In this document: positions 1 to 15,336 of the stretch, piece after piece
Position numbering within the stretch: position 1 is the first letter of the stretch
Layout: each line of letters begins with the position of its first letter
Source: the human T2T-CHM13v2.0 reference genome, Homo sapiens
Direction: 5' to 3' (one strand)
Assembly: GCF_009914755.1 (NCBI RefSeq)
Contig: NC_060935.1
DNA: 64,000 nt
The notes under the pieces: model-generated
Told to the model about the DNA's origin: nothing
The model's input: only the letters and a program-made list of their open reading frames with translations
Database searches by the model: none
Translations under genes and position numbers: made by a program

Positions 1-479
1 TACATCTTGATGTGTTTGGTGACACAGTTGAACATCATCATTGTACATGGCCAAGCATGCACAGGGAGCATGAAACTATTAAGGGGTGATGAGAATATTG
101 CCTAAGTATATTTTTGAGGCCCCCAAATCATTAAAATAGAATATTTGGGCTGAAGTTAAAAATATAATATTGTTTAATGAATTTCTATTCATTTCAAAAA
201 CAGAAGATACATATTGTAAATATAAAAAGTATTATAAATTGTTTTTTTCTGCAAATTGTAATATCTGAGAAAACTGATGATTTAGTATTTTTCCTTTATA
301 ATTCTTAGACATTTAATTGTCTTTATTTGTCTTCTTGGGATAGGTAGATCCATATGTGCAGTGTTGAATAAACATAGTGCTAGTTGGCATCCTTACCTTG
401 CTATGAGTTTAAAGGGAATGGTTTTTAACATTTTATTATTATGATATTTGCTTCATTTTATAGATACCATTTATCAGGT

Positions 480-895
480 TGTATTAGTTGGCTTGGCCTG
501 CTATAACAAAATACCACAAATTGAGTGGCTTAAACAACAGAAATTTATTTTCTCACAGTTTTGGGGGCTAGAAGTCTGAAATCAGGGTACAGCATACTCA
601 ATTTCTGGTGAGGCTGCTCTTCCAGGCTTGTAGACAGCTGCCTTCTTTCTGGGTCCTCACATGTCCTTTCCTTTGTACATGTGCACAGAGAGTGAATGAG
701 TGAGGTCTCCAGTGTCTCTTCTTCCAGGGACTCAAATCCTATCAGATCAGGCCCCGAACCCCTATGACCTCATTTACCCTTAATTACCTCCTTGGAGGCC
801 ACTTCTCCAAACACAGCTATAATGGGAGTTAGGGCCTCAACAGATGGATTTTAGTCCATAAATTAAGTCCATATTTATGGACATTTAGTCCATAA
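480..895 (-). mobile_element. MLT1-family (MaLR) solo LTR
   Basis: tgtattagtt...ataacaaaataccac...ggcttaaacaacagaaatttatt...tcacagtt is the antisense MLT1 terminus. Confidence 0.8.
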
Positions 896-934
896 ATTAA
901 AGAAGTTTTCTAATATTCCCAGTGCTTCCCTTAG

Positions 935-1425
935 TCTTCACTTTACAGCAAACTATCCCAAAACTTAGTGACTTGAAGTAATAATGTTTTCTGCTTTTTA
1001 AATGATTCTGTGGGTTGGCTGGATTATTCCTTTTTAGTTTCACTTAAGCTTACATGTAAGGTTGCCTTTATTTGGAGAGTTGACTGGGCTGGAAGGTTCA
1101 AAATGTCCTTACTCATGTTTGTAGACGGTGCTGGCTATTAGCTAGGGTGACTTCATTCTTGATGTGGCCTTTTGTCTACCAGATGCTAGCATGGTATATC
1201 AGGGTTAAGTCCGGAAAGTAAACTGCATGTCCTTTTGAAGTCTAGGCTTTGTAAATTACATATTGTTTTTGCCGTATTCTGTTAGTCAAAGCAAATCCAG
1301 TCCAGATTCAAGATGGTGGGGAAGTAGATATCTCTTGATATGGGAGGAGAAGAACATTACATTGCAAAGGATGTGATTGCAGGAACGCATCATTTATCGA
1401 AGGCTATTATTATAACAATCTCCCA
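935..1425 (-). mobile_element. Ancient MLT1 (MLT1G/H/I-like) LTR
   Basis: cccaaaacttagtgacttga..., tgactgggctggaagg, ttttgccgtattctgttagtcaaagc...ccagattcaag motifs. Confidence 0.6.
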
Positions 1426-2601
1426 AATCTTTGCTAAGTTTGCTAGGGGTAATTTGTTAAGAATTTATTGATGAATTTTATTGTCCGTGTTTCCTCTAAA
1501 TATTGAGAAGATTATATATTTTTTCTCCTTAATTTATGTGATGAAATATAGTTTCTATGGTTGAACCATATATTCAGTGTCATCCTGTATATCTTTTTAA
1601 AAATGTTTGATGTTTATTTCTTGAATCTGTGTTCAGGAGTAAGACTGGTCTTTGAATTTACATTTTCTTTGGTATTAAATTTTTACTAGCCTTTGTAACA
1701 TTATTTGGAAAATGTTGCCTCATTTTTCTAGTCTCTGAAAAAATTATTTGTTTTAAAGAATGCTAATAGAACTTAACATGTAAACTATTGGTGCCTGAGA
1801 TTTACTTTGAGATAGTATTTTTAACTTCTAATTTAATTTTTTGACCAACTATAGCCCCACTTAGAAAAACTCCACCATTCTTGAGATTGTTTTATTAATT
1901 TACATATTCCTAAGAATTTCTCTATTAGCCAAATTTGCAACTTTGTATGGTATAAAGTTTAAAATAATCTCATGGCATCTTTTAGTATTTTCTGTATCTG
2001 TAATTTCCTTTAAAAGTAGAATTTTAAAATAAAATTTTTCCATTTTTAATTTTACCATTAGCTATCTACCATTTAATCTGGTAAGAAATCTCTTAATTTT
2101 ATTAGTCTTTCCAGTGAACCAACTTTTGGCTTTTTAAAAACTCTGATCTCTTTTGTATCTGTTTTCTATTTAAATTTTGTTTCCTCTTATTGTTATATAT
2201 AACTTTCATCTATATTCTTAACTGTGTAATTTATAAGTTTTACTCAATTTTTAGCATTGCTGCTTTTTAACATAAGATTTGCTACTATAATTTTCCTCCA
2301 GAATCTCATTAACTGCCCATTCACTATTCTATAAATTTTGATATATGGGTTTTTCATGAACACAGTATTTTAAATTTTTATTAAAATTACTTACTTGACC
2401 TTGAGTTATTTAGAAATGTGTTTTCGTATTTCCAAGTGTAGGGGGTTAATTTTGGTAACATTTTACCAATTTCTAACAATTACATTGTTGTCAGATATGA
2501 TCTGTGTGATATCAACTCTTAAATTTGCTAAGACTAGCTTTATGGCCTAATATGTGGCTGATGTTCTTAAATGTTCTCTGTGTGCTTGAAAGAATGTTCT
2601 T

Positions 2602-3233
2602 GCTTTTACACTGTTGGTGAAAATGTAAATTAGTTTGACCCTTGTGGAAGACAGTGTGGCGATTCCTCAAAGATCTAGAACCAGAAATACCATTCGACCT
2701 AGCAATCCCATAACTGGGTATATACCCAAAGGATAATAAATCATTCCATTATAAAGATACATGCATGCATATATTTACTGTAGCACTGTTCACAATAGCA
2801 GAGACATGGAATCAACCCAATGCCCATCAATGATAGACTGGGTAAAGATAATGTTGTACATGTACACCATGGAATACTATACAGCCATAAAAAGAAATGA
2901 GATCATGTCCTTTGCAGGGACATGGATGAAACTAGAAGTCATCATCCTCAGCAAACTAACACAGGAACAGAGAACCAAATACCATATGTTCTCCTTCATA
3001 AGTGGGAGTTGATCAATGAGAACACATGGACACAGGGAGAGGAACAACACACACAGGGCCTGTCAGGACTTGGGGGAAGGAGAGCATCAGGATAAATGGC
3101 TAATGCATCTGGGCTTAATACCTAGGTAATGCGTTGATAGGTGCAGCAAACCACCATGGCACACATTTTCCTATGTAACAAACCTGCATGTTCTGCACAT
3201 GTATCCCGAAACTTAAATTTTTTTTACAAAAAA
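2602..3233 (+). mobile_element. 5'-truncated L1PA (about L1PA8-13) 3' end
   Basis: ORF2 C-terminus (MEYYTAIKRNEIMSFAGTWMKLE) followed by L1PA 3'UTR and short A tail. Confidence 0.85.
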
Positions 3234-3437
3234 TGATTGTCTGTTCTCCAGATATTGGATGTATTATATGTCCCTTAGGTCATGCTTGTTGATTGTGTTC
3301 AAATTTTCTGTATGTGTTCTGTATGTGATCTACCAATTGCTGAGAAACCCACATTAACTGTCCTACATAATACTAGATTTCTATTTCTCTGTATCTTCTG
3401 GTAATTTTATTATCTACAACATCTGTGTTTTTAAGTA

Positions 3438-3489
3438 TTAGGTTGGTGCAAAAGTAATTGCAGTTTTTGCCATTACTTTTAATGACAAA
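3438..3489 (+). mobile_element. Partial MADE1 (Hsmar1 mariner MITE)
   Basis: TA + ttaggttggtgcaaaagtaattgcagtttttgccatt (Hsmar1 TIR). Confidence 0.85.
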
Positions 3490-3816
3490 GTATCTATATA
3501 TCTATATATAAAGATACTTAGAATTATGTCAATAGATAGTGATGCTTTTTTCCCTGTAATACTTTTTGCTTTAAATTTTGTTGAGGTTTACTAAAAAAGG
3601 GTTACCTTTTTCATTCTATTATCTTTTAACTTTGAATGTCCTTATGTTTTAGGTGCCCACTTTTAAATATATATACATATGTTTAACTATTAACATATAA
3701 ACATATTTTTAGCTGTTGTTTTTAAGTAATGTTTAAGCAGTTGTTTTAAAGTAATCAATTACTGCAATTATTGATTTATTTGGATTCATTAATATCATTT
3801 TTTAAAAATCTCTTTG

Positions 3817-4179
<363 letters not shown>

Positions 4180-5634
4180 CTACCCTTGTTTGCATTCTTT
4201 TAGATTCATTTTTCCCTTTTTTAAAAAAATTCTGGGTTTTTTTCTGTTTTGGAAAATTTATTCTATACTTATTTTTTCCCTCAATGGTTATACTAAATTT
4301 TAATGTGCCATCCTTCCATACAATACGGTGATTTAGAATGCTGTAACTCTGGTCACTTTATCCCAACTTAAATATGATTGTTTTTTAGTGTTTTATTTCT
4401 GTTTTATATTGGGATCATACTTCAATAGATTTATAAATTTCTTAAACATTTTCTTTGCTTACCATTCCTTTTTACTTATTAGACTTTTTTTTGGATGATT
4501 TTCTTCTAGCTAATGTCCATGGTTTAAATAGTGAAGCTCTATTGATAGTGCACTCTCAGTTTTGTCTCAAAAAAACTCATATTTTATATTTTCTCAAAAA
4601 ATAATTTTGCTAAATTTATAACAATGCTAGGTTGACAGTCTTTTTGTCAACATGTTTTGCCTTCCATTGTTGCAGTTGGGAAGTGTTTGTTTGGAATAAT
4701 CTATTATTTCTAGCTTCTTGTAAGATCTTTTTTTTTTTTTTCCTCAATGTTCTCCAATTACATTGTGCAGTACCAGATGATTTCATTTATTCTGGTTGGG
4801 ATTCTTTGACTTTTCTGAATATGAGAAGTATTGTCTTTCTTCAGTTCTGGAAAATTCACAGAAGGTTTCTTTTTAAAAATTGCCTCTGTCTCCTTTTATT
4901 AGCTCTTCATATAGTAATAACTCTGAATAGGCATATATTAAGAGTTTTAATTTTCTTCTCCATGTTTTAAAACTCTTATTTATTATTTTATGTCTTTGTA
5001 TTTTTTCTCTTTTGGCTTTAGCATTTAAGATTTTCCTTATTTTCCTTGACAATTCTGTCATAAATTTTAAGTCATTAGTTGATGATGTTCTTGCTTATTC
5101 ATAATTTTGAAATGTGCTTTATCATAAAATTTTCTCCAGAAATCTAGTCTGCCATATTCCCTGTAACAAAAATGTAAATTATTTAATTTCTTTGACATCT
5201 ATAAAATGAGAATGAGTGTTTATATTCCTTCTTATTCCAAAAAAGAATTACTGGCAGTGAGTAACAAAAATGTAAATAATCTACTAGGATAAAATCAGTA
5301 GTTGAGGAAATTAGTGTAAGAGAAAATTAGGATGGGAAAATAAAATAAAACTAAGGAAACAGTTTATGCCAAATAGGACAAAACAAAAAAGCTTGTACTT
5401 TCTGTTTCTATAGAGTTGGTATTGTTTGATCAGAAATCATTTGGGGTGCTTCATGATATCCAAAGGAAAATACAATTATGTATAAGATTTAGTGTCTTAC
5501 AATAAAACATACCAATTGCTCAGGAAACATAGGTGTTCCTGAAATGTCTCTCACTGGTCTTTGAAATAAGAACAGGTGAAGTAGGAGTGGGTTTCCTACA
5601 ATTTCTTCATTTTAAAAGTTTGTTTTCTAAATTA

Positions 5635-5928
5635 TTTTTTATTTTTTAGAGATGGGGTCTTGCTTTGTCATGTAGACTTGAGTACAGTGGCATGATGATA
5701 GCACACTGCAGCTTGGAATTCCTGGGCTCAAGCAATCCTTCCAACTCAGCCTCCCCAGTAGTTACAGGTGCACACCACCATACCTGACTAATGTATTTTT
5801 AAAATTTTTTAAGAGAAGAGGTCCCAATATGTTGCCCAGGTTAGTCTCAAACTCTTAGCCTCAAGTGATCCCCCCACCTCAGCCTCCTGAGTTGCTAGGA
5901 TTGCAAGTGTGAACCACTGTGCCTGGCT
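5635..5928 (-). mobile_element. Alu (AluJ)
   Basis: Antisense dimer with J-type diagnostics (cctgggctcaagcaatcct). Confidence 0.9.
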
Positions 5929-7557
5929 CCTTTGCAATTTTTATAGATCTCCCAAAGCATGCCAGTAGCATAATTCATGCTGTTAATTATGGGTAGAAAG
6001 TGGAAGAATTGATGTAAATATGTTGTTAATGAATTAAATTTTATCCCTTTTGATACCATTTTAAAGTAGTATTCTGAAAAAATTATATTTAACTGGCTTA
6101 AAATATGAAAAATAGATATTTTATTATCTATGCTTTATAAAAAGATAAATATATGTGGTAGATTTTATAAAAACAGACAGTTCATTGATACAAGTTATAG
6201 CCCTGTCCTCATTAATAAAAATGTTTTTATTTTATGTTTGAACTCCCTTTCTTATTACTGCCTGTTCTTTAAAAATTATGATAGTATTATTTAAAAAGAA
6301 ATCCTCACATGTTATTTTTCTTGGACAGAAGACATCTTTTTTTGGTTGGTGTACATTTTATTCTTAAAACAGATTTTAACATCATGCACAAAAAAATTTG
6401 CACTCTTTTTCCTTTAGACATCTCTTTGCAGTCTTGTTTTCTGTCATGTTTGACAAATTTAAAACACGAATAAGTGACAGCAAAACTTGAGTTAAAATAG
6501 CACTTCTGACTACCAACTAGTTGTGTTTTGTAGTGTAGCAAAGCTGATAAATTAGGTGCTATTGTAGGGTTCAGCTAGAGCAAATGAAAATAATTTATCA
6601 GAAAAACAAAAAAAATCAAACACTGAATCACAGTTTTTTAAGACTAGAGAATCAGTCAAACACTCTGGAAGTAACTTGAGTTTAACAGCATGATTATTGA
6701 TGTTTAACAGTTAAATCCTACATTCATTCTGAAAGATTTATGGCCCTGATTTTGTTATGAACTTTACTAATGTAAGAACCTAACAAAATATGAAATATAG
6801 TTCAATATGTTACAAAAGGAAAAACAAATCACATTTCTCCCAAAGTAAAAACAGAAGTAGTCAACATGCTGCAAATGTTGAAGTTTAAAATGCTGACTTA
6901 GGAAGATATATCTGGTTTTTTGGATTTATTTTGTTTATTTTAGACAAACAGTGAGATAGCACAATTTTAATATTTAGGTATAATATGAAAAACAATATAT
7001 ACATCATTGATTTTATATATATAAACACACATATATCACATTATCTGTAACCTAATATTTAGCATAGTTAGTACTATTCTCGATCATTAACAAATGATTA
7101 ATAAGATTCATTAATGTTCTTAAAATGGTAATCATTAAGTATTATTTTAGAAAAAAAAGTGAGTGAATTGGTTTTGATGAGAATAATGATAAAGAAACTG
7201 ATAATAAGGACATTATAGAAGTGAAAGCCCTAAATAGGGAATATTTACCTTGCCTTGTTTGAATTGATTGACCCACACTTTTTTCATTAGAGCCTTGTAT
7301 GTAGAGGAAACATTGAAATTACAACTTAAAGTTAATGTAGAGCATTAAAACATTTATAAATAACTTATCAACCAGTAATTATCATTGCTTTACCATTTTA
7401 TAGGGTTTATTATGCTATTCTTTTTCCAGTCATTTCATATTTTTAAGGAAACTATCTTTGTCAGCATTTTGAGATTATGAAATTTAAATCAAAACAATTC
7501 CAGATTTCAGAAATGAACAAATAGAGACACTGAGCGGTTATTAATTATGAGTAATTA

Positions 7558-7929
<372 letters not shown>

Positions 7930-8157
7930 TTAAAAATCGGTTTTCCCCAACTTTGAGTTCTTTTGTTTTTTAAACTGCTTAAATAAAACAGTAAAATATT
8001 AAGCCAATTGAAGAGAGATAATAAGATTATAAACTGTTGACAACATTTTTGGTCTCTATTTTTATAAAACAAAATGTCTGTTTTTGTACCTATGTTCTTT
8101 CTTCCTGTTCGGCTGAAGTTCTTTTTATTTGTTGATACTTATTATTTTTTTATTCAG

Positions 8158-8274
8158 GTTATTTCACAGTTGAGGATTTTGGGCAGATCCATAACAGCTG
8201 GTTCCAAATTTGACAGAGAAATCTGGTCTAATGAACTTTCTCCTGTCCTCAATCTCTGGAAGAAACTAAACCAG
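8158..8274 (+). CDS. DYNC2H1: DYNC2H1 internal coding exon (117 nt, VISQLRILGRSITAGSKFDREIWSNELSPVLNLWKKLNQ)
   Basis: T-rich tract plus ttcag acceptor (AG 8156-8157); CAG|GTTAGT donor; 39 codons, phase 0/0; peptide recognised as DYNC2H1. Confidence 0.95.
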
Positions 8275-9527
8275 GTTAGTAGTGGAATATTCTTCTAATT
8301 CTTTTGCTTTTTCTCCCGCATCGTAACCATGTGCTCCCCATTTCTGCCTGAGTCATACACGTAATCACATTGCACAGGTTCCTAACTGTGAAGTCATGGC
8401 CCATGACCTCCTTTCTTCATACCAATGCACATCAAAGTTAGTATTTTTTACTCTCTCTTTCATGAAATAGATCTTTCCTTATCTTTAAATAAGTAATCAA
8501 ATTCACATAATTTCAGTTCTTCCCTTTAGCAGTTCATTCCTTGTCTTGATGTTTGATAATTTTCTTCCTCTCAGGGCTATGCTTCTTGTAACAGTTTCTG
8601 AGCCCAGTTTCCAACTTTTTTTTAAGTGACATTGGCAGTTTTGTATTTTCTAATGATTTTCCCAATTCATGCAGTTCTTAAAATGTATATACATAGTACA
8701 ACCATGTAGGTATTCATATGTGTATATATTATTATGTAATATAGCTATTTATTCTGAGAATAATGTGTGATTGTTTTCAGTTTTTACTTAGTAATAATAT
8801 GAAAATGGAATAATTTGCATAATTGACTAAGTTCACCTCTTACTAAACAGAAAACCAATGGCAAAAGTAACCTTAATTATTGCAAAGATCTCATCTTACA
8901 TTTTGGAGACATAATCCAGGTATTTGTTGGAAAGTTTCCTTCTCTGTGAAATACAGGTTAACTTGTTTGACTCAATTTCCAGAGTTTGGGGGAAGATTAG
9001 AGTCTACTCTGTAGTTTTGGCACCTTAGTCCCCTATAATTTTCTCTGCCTACTTCTGAATTTGCAAAGTCCATGTTGTTTTTGCTCCACATTTGATTTAA
9101 CCTTAAAGCACAACTTATATCTCTGTTTTTTATAAGAAATCCGTTGATGTGATTTTGTAGTTTTAGTGATCATTAATGAAGTTGCGAGGACAGCTCATAT
9201 TGCTAAGTGTGCAGTCTTCTACTAAGCCACTTTTTTTTAAACTACATTCTTTGAAGTTTTGCACTTCAAAGTTCCCACAGTTGACTCTTCCATCTGTGCA
9301 AAGTTTACTTGGATGTGTCATTTAGACTTCCTTGCACTAACTGCTTCTCTTCATCAGGCACATCTGATTTTATGGCTAGTCTCTCTCCCTCACTGCCAGC
9401 ACACATACATACCTTCTTTGTAATTCTGAGAAAACTTTTTTCGATTATTATGTAAAGAAGACTATACGAATGACTTCAAAGGCTTACATGTAGATTCTTT
9501 GCCTCCTGTGACCCAACTCAAGATTAG

Positions 9528-9880
<353 letters not shown>

Positions 9881-10204
9881 CAAACCCTCATTTGGAATGT
9901 AGATATAGCCCATTACTAGTTCTCTGATGTTGGATTTCTGCCACAACACACCCCCTAATTACCTGATTCCTACATACAAAGGTAACAGTGTAGAATCTGG
10001 GTAGAGTACAATATCATAGGAACATTGAAGTATGTGGCCAGAAGGACAAATTATAGAATATGTTGCTCAAAGGTTTCATTTTAGGAGAAATTACTATTTT
10101 AGGGGAAATCATAATTTCCCCTAAAATAAAATTATGATTTTGAATGCTAATTAATTAATAATGCAGTTAAATATTTTGAATTCTCTTCATTTATATAACA
10201 GAGA

Positions 10205-10432
10205 TAAAAATGGGACTTCCAGAGCCAGACCGGTGGGGTTCAAATTTCAGTTCTAGAACTTTCTAATTGTATAGCTTAGGAAAGTTACTCGACTTTTCTG
10301 TAAAATGGATATAATGATAGTACTTACTATCATTACTTACTATCATCACCAGCAATGATAGTATTCATGAGGATTAAATGCATTAATATATGTAAAGCTT
10401 TTATAATAGTGTCTGGCATATGTAAGCACTCT
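10205..10432 (+). mobile_element. MIR
   Basis: gagccagac...gggttcaaat...ctgtaaaatgg...gaggattaaatg...gtgtctggcatatgtaagcactc core. Confidence 0.8.
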
Positions 10433-10559
10433 CTTTTAACTACTCATTTAACATTTATCAAAGGTACTTTTATTATGAATGGTCATTTATAATATATGAT
10501 CATTCATTTTACCCTTTTTCAAGCAAATTATTATTATTTATTTCACAATATTATTGGTC

Positions 10560-12110
10560 TGTCATTCATTCAGAATATTTTAATGAGTACGTAATGTGTT
10601 TCAGTGATTTTTATGCTAGGGACTATGTAGAGATACTTGTGGACAGAATAGTCATGGTACCTACCTTGTGGAGTTTACAGTTAGTTCGTAAGAGAGATAT
10701 TAAAAGATGAAGCAAGTAAATAAATAAAATATATTATTACAAATTATTGCAGATGCTGTGGGTGGAAAGCACAAGTGGTGTTATAATAAGGGAGAAGACC
10801 TATTTTGGCCTGGATAGTTAGGGAGTATCTTGTTTGAGAAGTGAAATGGAATCCAAGATATGAGCAATGAGAAGCTAGCCAGACAGAGTTGGAGGGGAAG
10901 ACTATTTCAAGCCAAGGTGACAGCATACACAAATTCCCAGAGAAGAGAAAATGTTTGGCGCATTCAATAAAACTGAAAGGATGTCAGTGTGATTGGAGTA
11001 TAGAGACCAAAGGATAGAGTAGATGAGGTAAGGGGATGCTATGATCTGAATGTTTGTTTCCCTCTTGAAATTCATATGTTGAAGTCTTAACTCTCAAAGT
11101 GATGGTATTTGTAGATGGGGTCTTTGGGAGGTATGATTAGGGCATAAGAATAGAGCCCTCACAAATAGGATTAGTGCTCTTATTAAAGAGGTTCCAGAGG
11201 GATCCCTTACCCCTTCCTCCACGTGAGGACACATCAAAAAGACTGCCATCTGTGAATCAGGAAGCAGGTGCTCACCAAATACAGAATCTGCTGGTGTCTT
11301 GATCTTAGACTTCTCATACTCCAGAACTGTGAGAAATACATTTCTGTTGTTTATAAGCCACCTAGTTTATGGTGTTTTGTTATAGCAACCAGAACAGACT
11401 AAGACAGGGGAAGGAATTTTATTCCAAGTGCAATGGGAAACCATGGAAGTTATAGGTAGAGTGGGTATGATCTAGTTTACAATTTCAAAAAGTTTTTGAA
11501 GAAAGCTGTTGTGTAGAAGATGGTGAGAAAGTAAGGAGAGCATTCAGGAAGCTCCTGCAGTAGTCCAGGTAAGAGCAGATGGCAGCTTACATTACGGTGG
11601 CAGAGCAGATGAAGAGCAGTGGGTGCCCTTGAGTAATGTCAAAATGTAGAGTTATTATGAGAAAAAAATTTAGAGTTATTATAGGGAAACAAACAAACAA
11701 AAACAAAAAACGAAAAAAGAACTGAAGACTGTGTTACCATAGAAACCTTGAGGAATCTTTAGTTAGGAATGAAATTGTTAACTAGGCCGAATAGCTTCTG
11801 AGAGGTTAAACAAAACGAGGACAGAATTGACCACTGGATATTCAGAATAAAAGTGGTCACTGGTGACCTTGACAAGTAAAGTTTAGGTGGAATAAGGAGA
11901 CTGGAAGTTAGATTTAAAGGCTGACTAGAGATAGGAGATGAGGAGGTAGAGTCAATGTATCTAGACAATTCTTTTTTAAAATGTGCTTATAAAGGAGAGT
12001 AGTGAAATAAGGTGATCAAGATACAGGGCCCATTGTGTTTTTTTCTTAGAGAGGGAAAGTAAGTATTAGGTTGGTTTTAGGCTAATGAGAAAGATCCCGT
12101 TGAGGAAGTA
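10560..12110 (-). mobile_element. L2 fragment (split by a MaLR LTR)
   Basis: cattcattca 3' end; tggagtttacagttagt; gtggtcactggtgaccttgacaag motifs. Confidence 0.7.
11037..11406 (+). mobile_element. MaLR solo LTR (MLT1A/MSTD-like), 5-bp TSD gggga
   Basis: tgctatg...gactaagaca termini; gggga at 11032-11036 and 11407-11411. Confidence 0.88.
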
Positions 12111-12635
12111 GTTGAAGATGCTGAAAAATCGAAGCTCTTAAACCATTTAGGAAAACAAAAACAATGATTTTTGCTAAATGAGGGATCAATAATAAATATA
12201 GACATTCCTGCTTCTTAAATATATTAATTTTTTTCTTTTTTTTTTTTTTTTTTTTTTTTAGCTATAGGATCTTGATGTAACCACTTCTCTCAATGTGAAA
12301 CCACTGAAATTTAATCTTGCCTTGCTTTTCTGTCCTTACTTCTGGTCATATAGAATTCCATTGTTTCAGTATTTACAAGACTATTTGGTTTGTGTATTTG
12401 TTTTTAATTATTAGCTCAATCAAGATATATGAAATATTTTTCCCACTTTTTACAACTGTTGATATAATCCCAGATATTCCTTTTAGCTCTTCTCAATGTC
12501 ACATTTCAAACCAATTCAATTAATCAAGTTTCAGCTTTCTGTCCCTTTGTTTTCTTTGACTTGCCTTAGTTGACCAAATAGAGCGCTACAAAGTTGCTAA
12601 ACATCCTTGTTCCCAATTTAATCTTTGTATATCTA

Positions 12636-12990
<355 letters not shown>

Positions 12991-14987
12991 TTAAGTATAC
13001 TGACAGCTGGTCTAGGTTTAGCTTGATTTTTATCCTGTTATTTTGCACGAGATGCCTTAGTAATACTACAGTTCCAAGAAACTTTTCCAACCTGTTTTTC
13101 TTAACACATCAGAGGTAAATGTGCAAGAATACTTTAATTATTTTGAAGTAGTTTTCTCCAAAACTCAGCTTCTCTCATCTCTCCACTGCTTTTTTTCTTA
13201 ATTAGAACTATTAGTTTATGAGAAAATCAGTTTATTTTAGATATGTTTATAAGTGAGCTGGAGAGGAGATCTACTAGTGTGTTATTTCAACTGAGAGAGA
13301 ATGTTTATCCAGCCACTCTAAAGATTCTGGAATTTAGCAATTTCAAAATTGCTGTTAGGGGTTTAGATTAATACTCAATTTAAAATCTTACCACAAGGCA
13401 AACTCTTATTCTAAAAAAAATGTTTTCCGAGTTTGTTCTTTCCCAAACTTGAGCTCCTTTAAGGGAAATACTGATAGATATGGAATTAATGTGTTTATCT
13501 TTTAACAGCTAGAATTTTAGAATTTTCCTGTTAGGGATCATTAGGAAAAACTACCATCATGTTGAAACTGGAATATGGAGATCCTGAAATGTTTCTAGTG
13601 ATTAAAGGGATTGGAAAATATAAATTAAGTCTACATTACTGATTGTGACTAATAATTTAAGGCATCCAAAAGTGTTATTGTAGCTGATTTAGTGTGCATT
13701 CTCTGCTGCTTTATGTTTAAGGGGAGAAAACACTATTATATAAAAGGTAAACACCAGCTAGGCTTATTTTGACAGTAGACACTATTTTATTTTCATGGAG
13801 CCAAGGACTCACAAAAACTCATGACAGATAGCATTATGACTTCCCAATGTAATAGGAGTCTTTTTTCCATATGAGGACCTTGAAGCTCCATAAGGCAAGC
13901 AAGAAATGCCGTTAATAAAAAATATGCAAATGTCTGGCTATTCTAGATATCTGACAGAGAATGATGAAAAGGAAATGACCAAAGAAAACCAAAGATATAG
14001 TTAAGTTTTACTAAAATATTAACATTTTACATAATGTGAATACTATTAACAATATGTGTAAAGAATCTAATGCAGTACCTACATTTGACTTTTAAAATAT
14101 CAAAATATTAACTTCAGTAGATTCTAAGAATTTAAGAATCTTAATAAATTATGAGCAAAAGGGCTAAATAAAACAGAAGGGTTCTACTGACAAAGGAGAT
14201 AGGAGGCTTTCGTGAGAAGCAGTTTCCTTTTGATGATTTTTTTTTTTTAAGGGCTGGTATTTGATTTGATTACTGAGTTTGTTAGAATAGTTTCGTAATT
14301 GGTCCTTGAAACATTTTTATGATGGCTGCTTTACAGTCCTTGTTCAAGAATCCCAACTTCTGTGTCATGTTGGTGTTTGCATCTGATAATCTTTCTTTTT
14401 AAATTTAAATTGAAGTTTTACTGGTTCTTGGTATAATGAATAACTTTGTACTATATCCTGAACATTTTAAATATTTGTAAGACTCTGGTTCGTATTTAAA
14501 TCTTGTTGTTTTTTTTTTTTTTTAAGCAGGTAGTCAACCTATTTAAGTTCAGAATGCATGTCTTGATTCACTTCTATAGGTTGTGGTTCCAACATCAATT
14601 TGGTTTATAAAATCTCTGCAGTGCTATTCTGGTCTGCCTCACTTGTGTCTTATATGACAGGACTTTACCACCACCACTGCCATCACTACCTCCTCCCCAC
14701 AGTCTCCACAGAGCCAGCTGTGAGAGGGAGGGCATGCCCTCTCGTTACTTCAGTAGTGAAGTGGAGCCCAGAATTCCACCCACAGGCACTGCAGGGGAGG
14801 AGCAATATGCTTCTTACTTCAGGGAGCAGGCAGAAGTCAGAGTACTGCCCAGCATCTCCACCTGGCATCTCTCCTTCTACTGCAGGCCAAGGATGACTCA
14901 TGACTTTTAATAAAATAATTATTGATTTCTTCTTCTTTTTTAATTTGTAGAATATTTTACATTGGTAAGTTAGAAATGTGCATTGGT

Positions 14988-15336
<349 letters not shown>

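Larger units (their letters stand above)
250..2600 (-). mobile_element. Old L1 (L1M/L1ME-type) fragments interrupted by two MaLR LTRs
   Basis: Degenerate antisense L1 ORF2 motifs (e.g. gtgttgaata...ggcatccttaccttg; gcctaatatgtgg...tgtgcttgaaagaatg). Confidence 0.55.

Noticed and set aside
12226-12262. Long poly-T followed by AG (cryptic acceptor or orphan retro-tail)
   Set aside because: No recognisable retroelement body, TSD or matching strong donor nearby.
14505-14535. Poly-T + aagcag|gtagtc as a possible recursive splice site
   Set aside because: The regenerated donor GTAGTC is poor, a competing AG lies 3 nt upstream, and the site appears to be in old repeat sequence.
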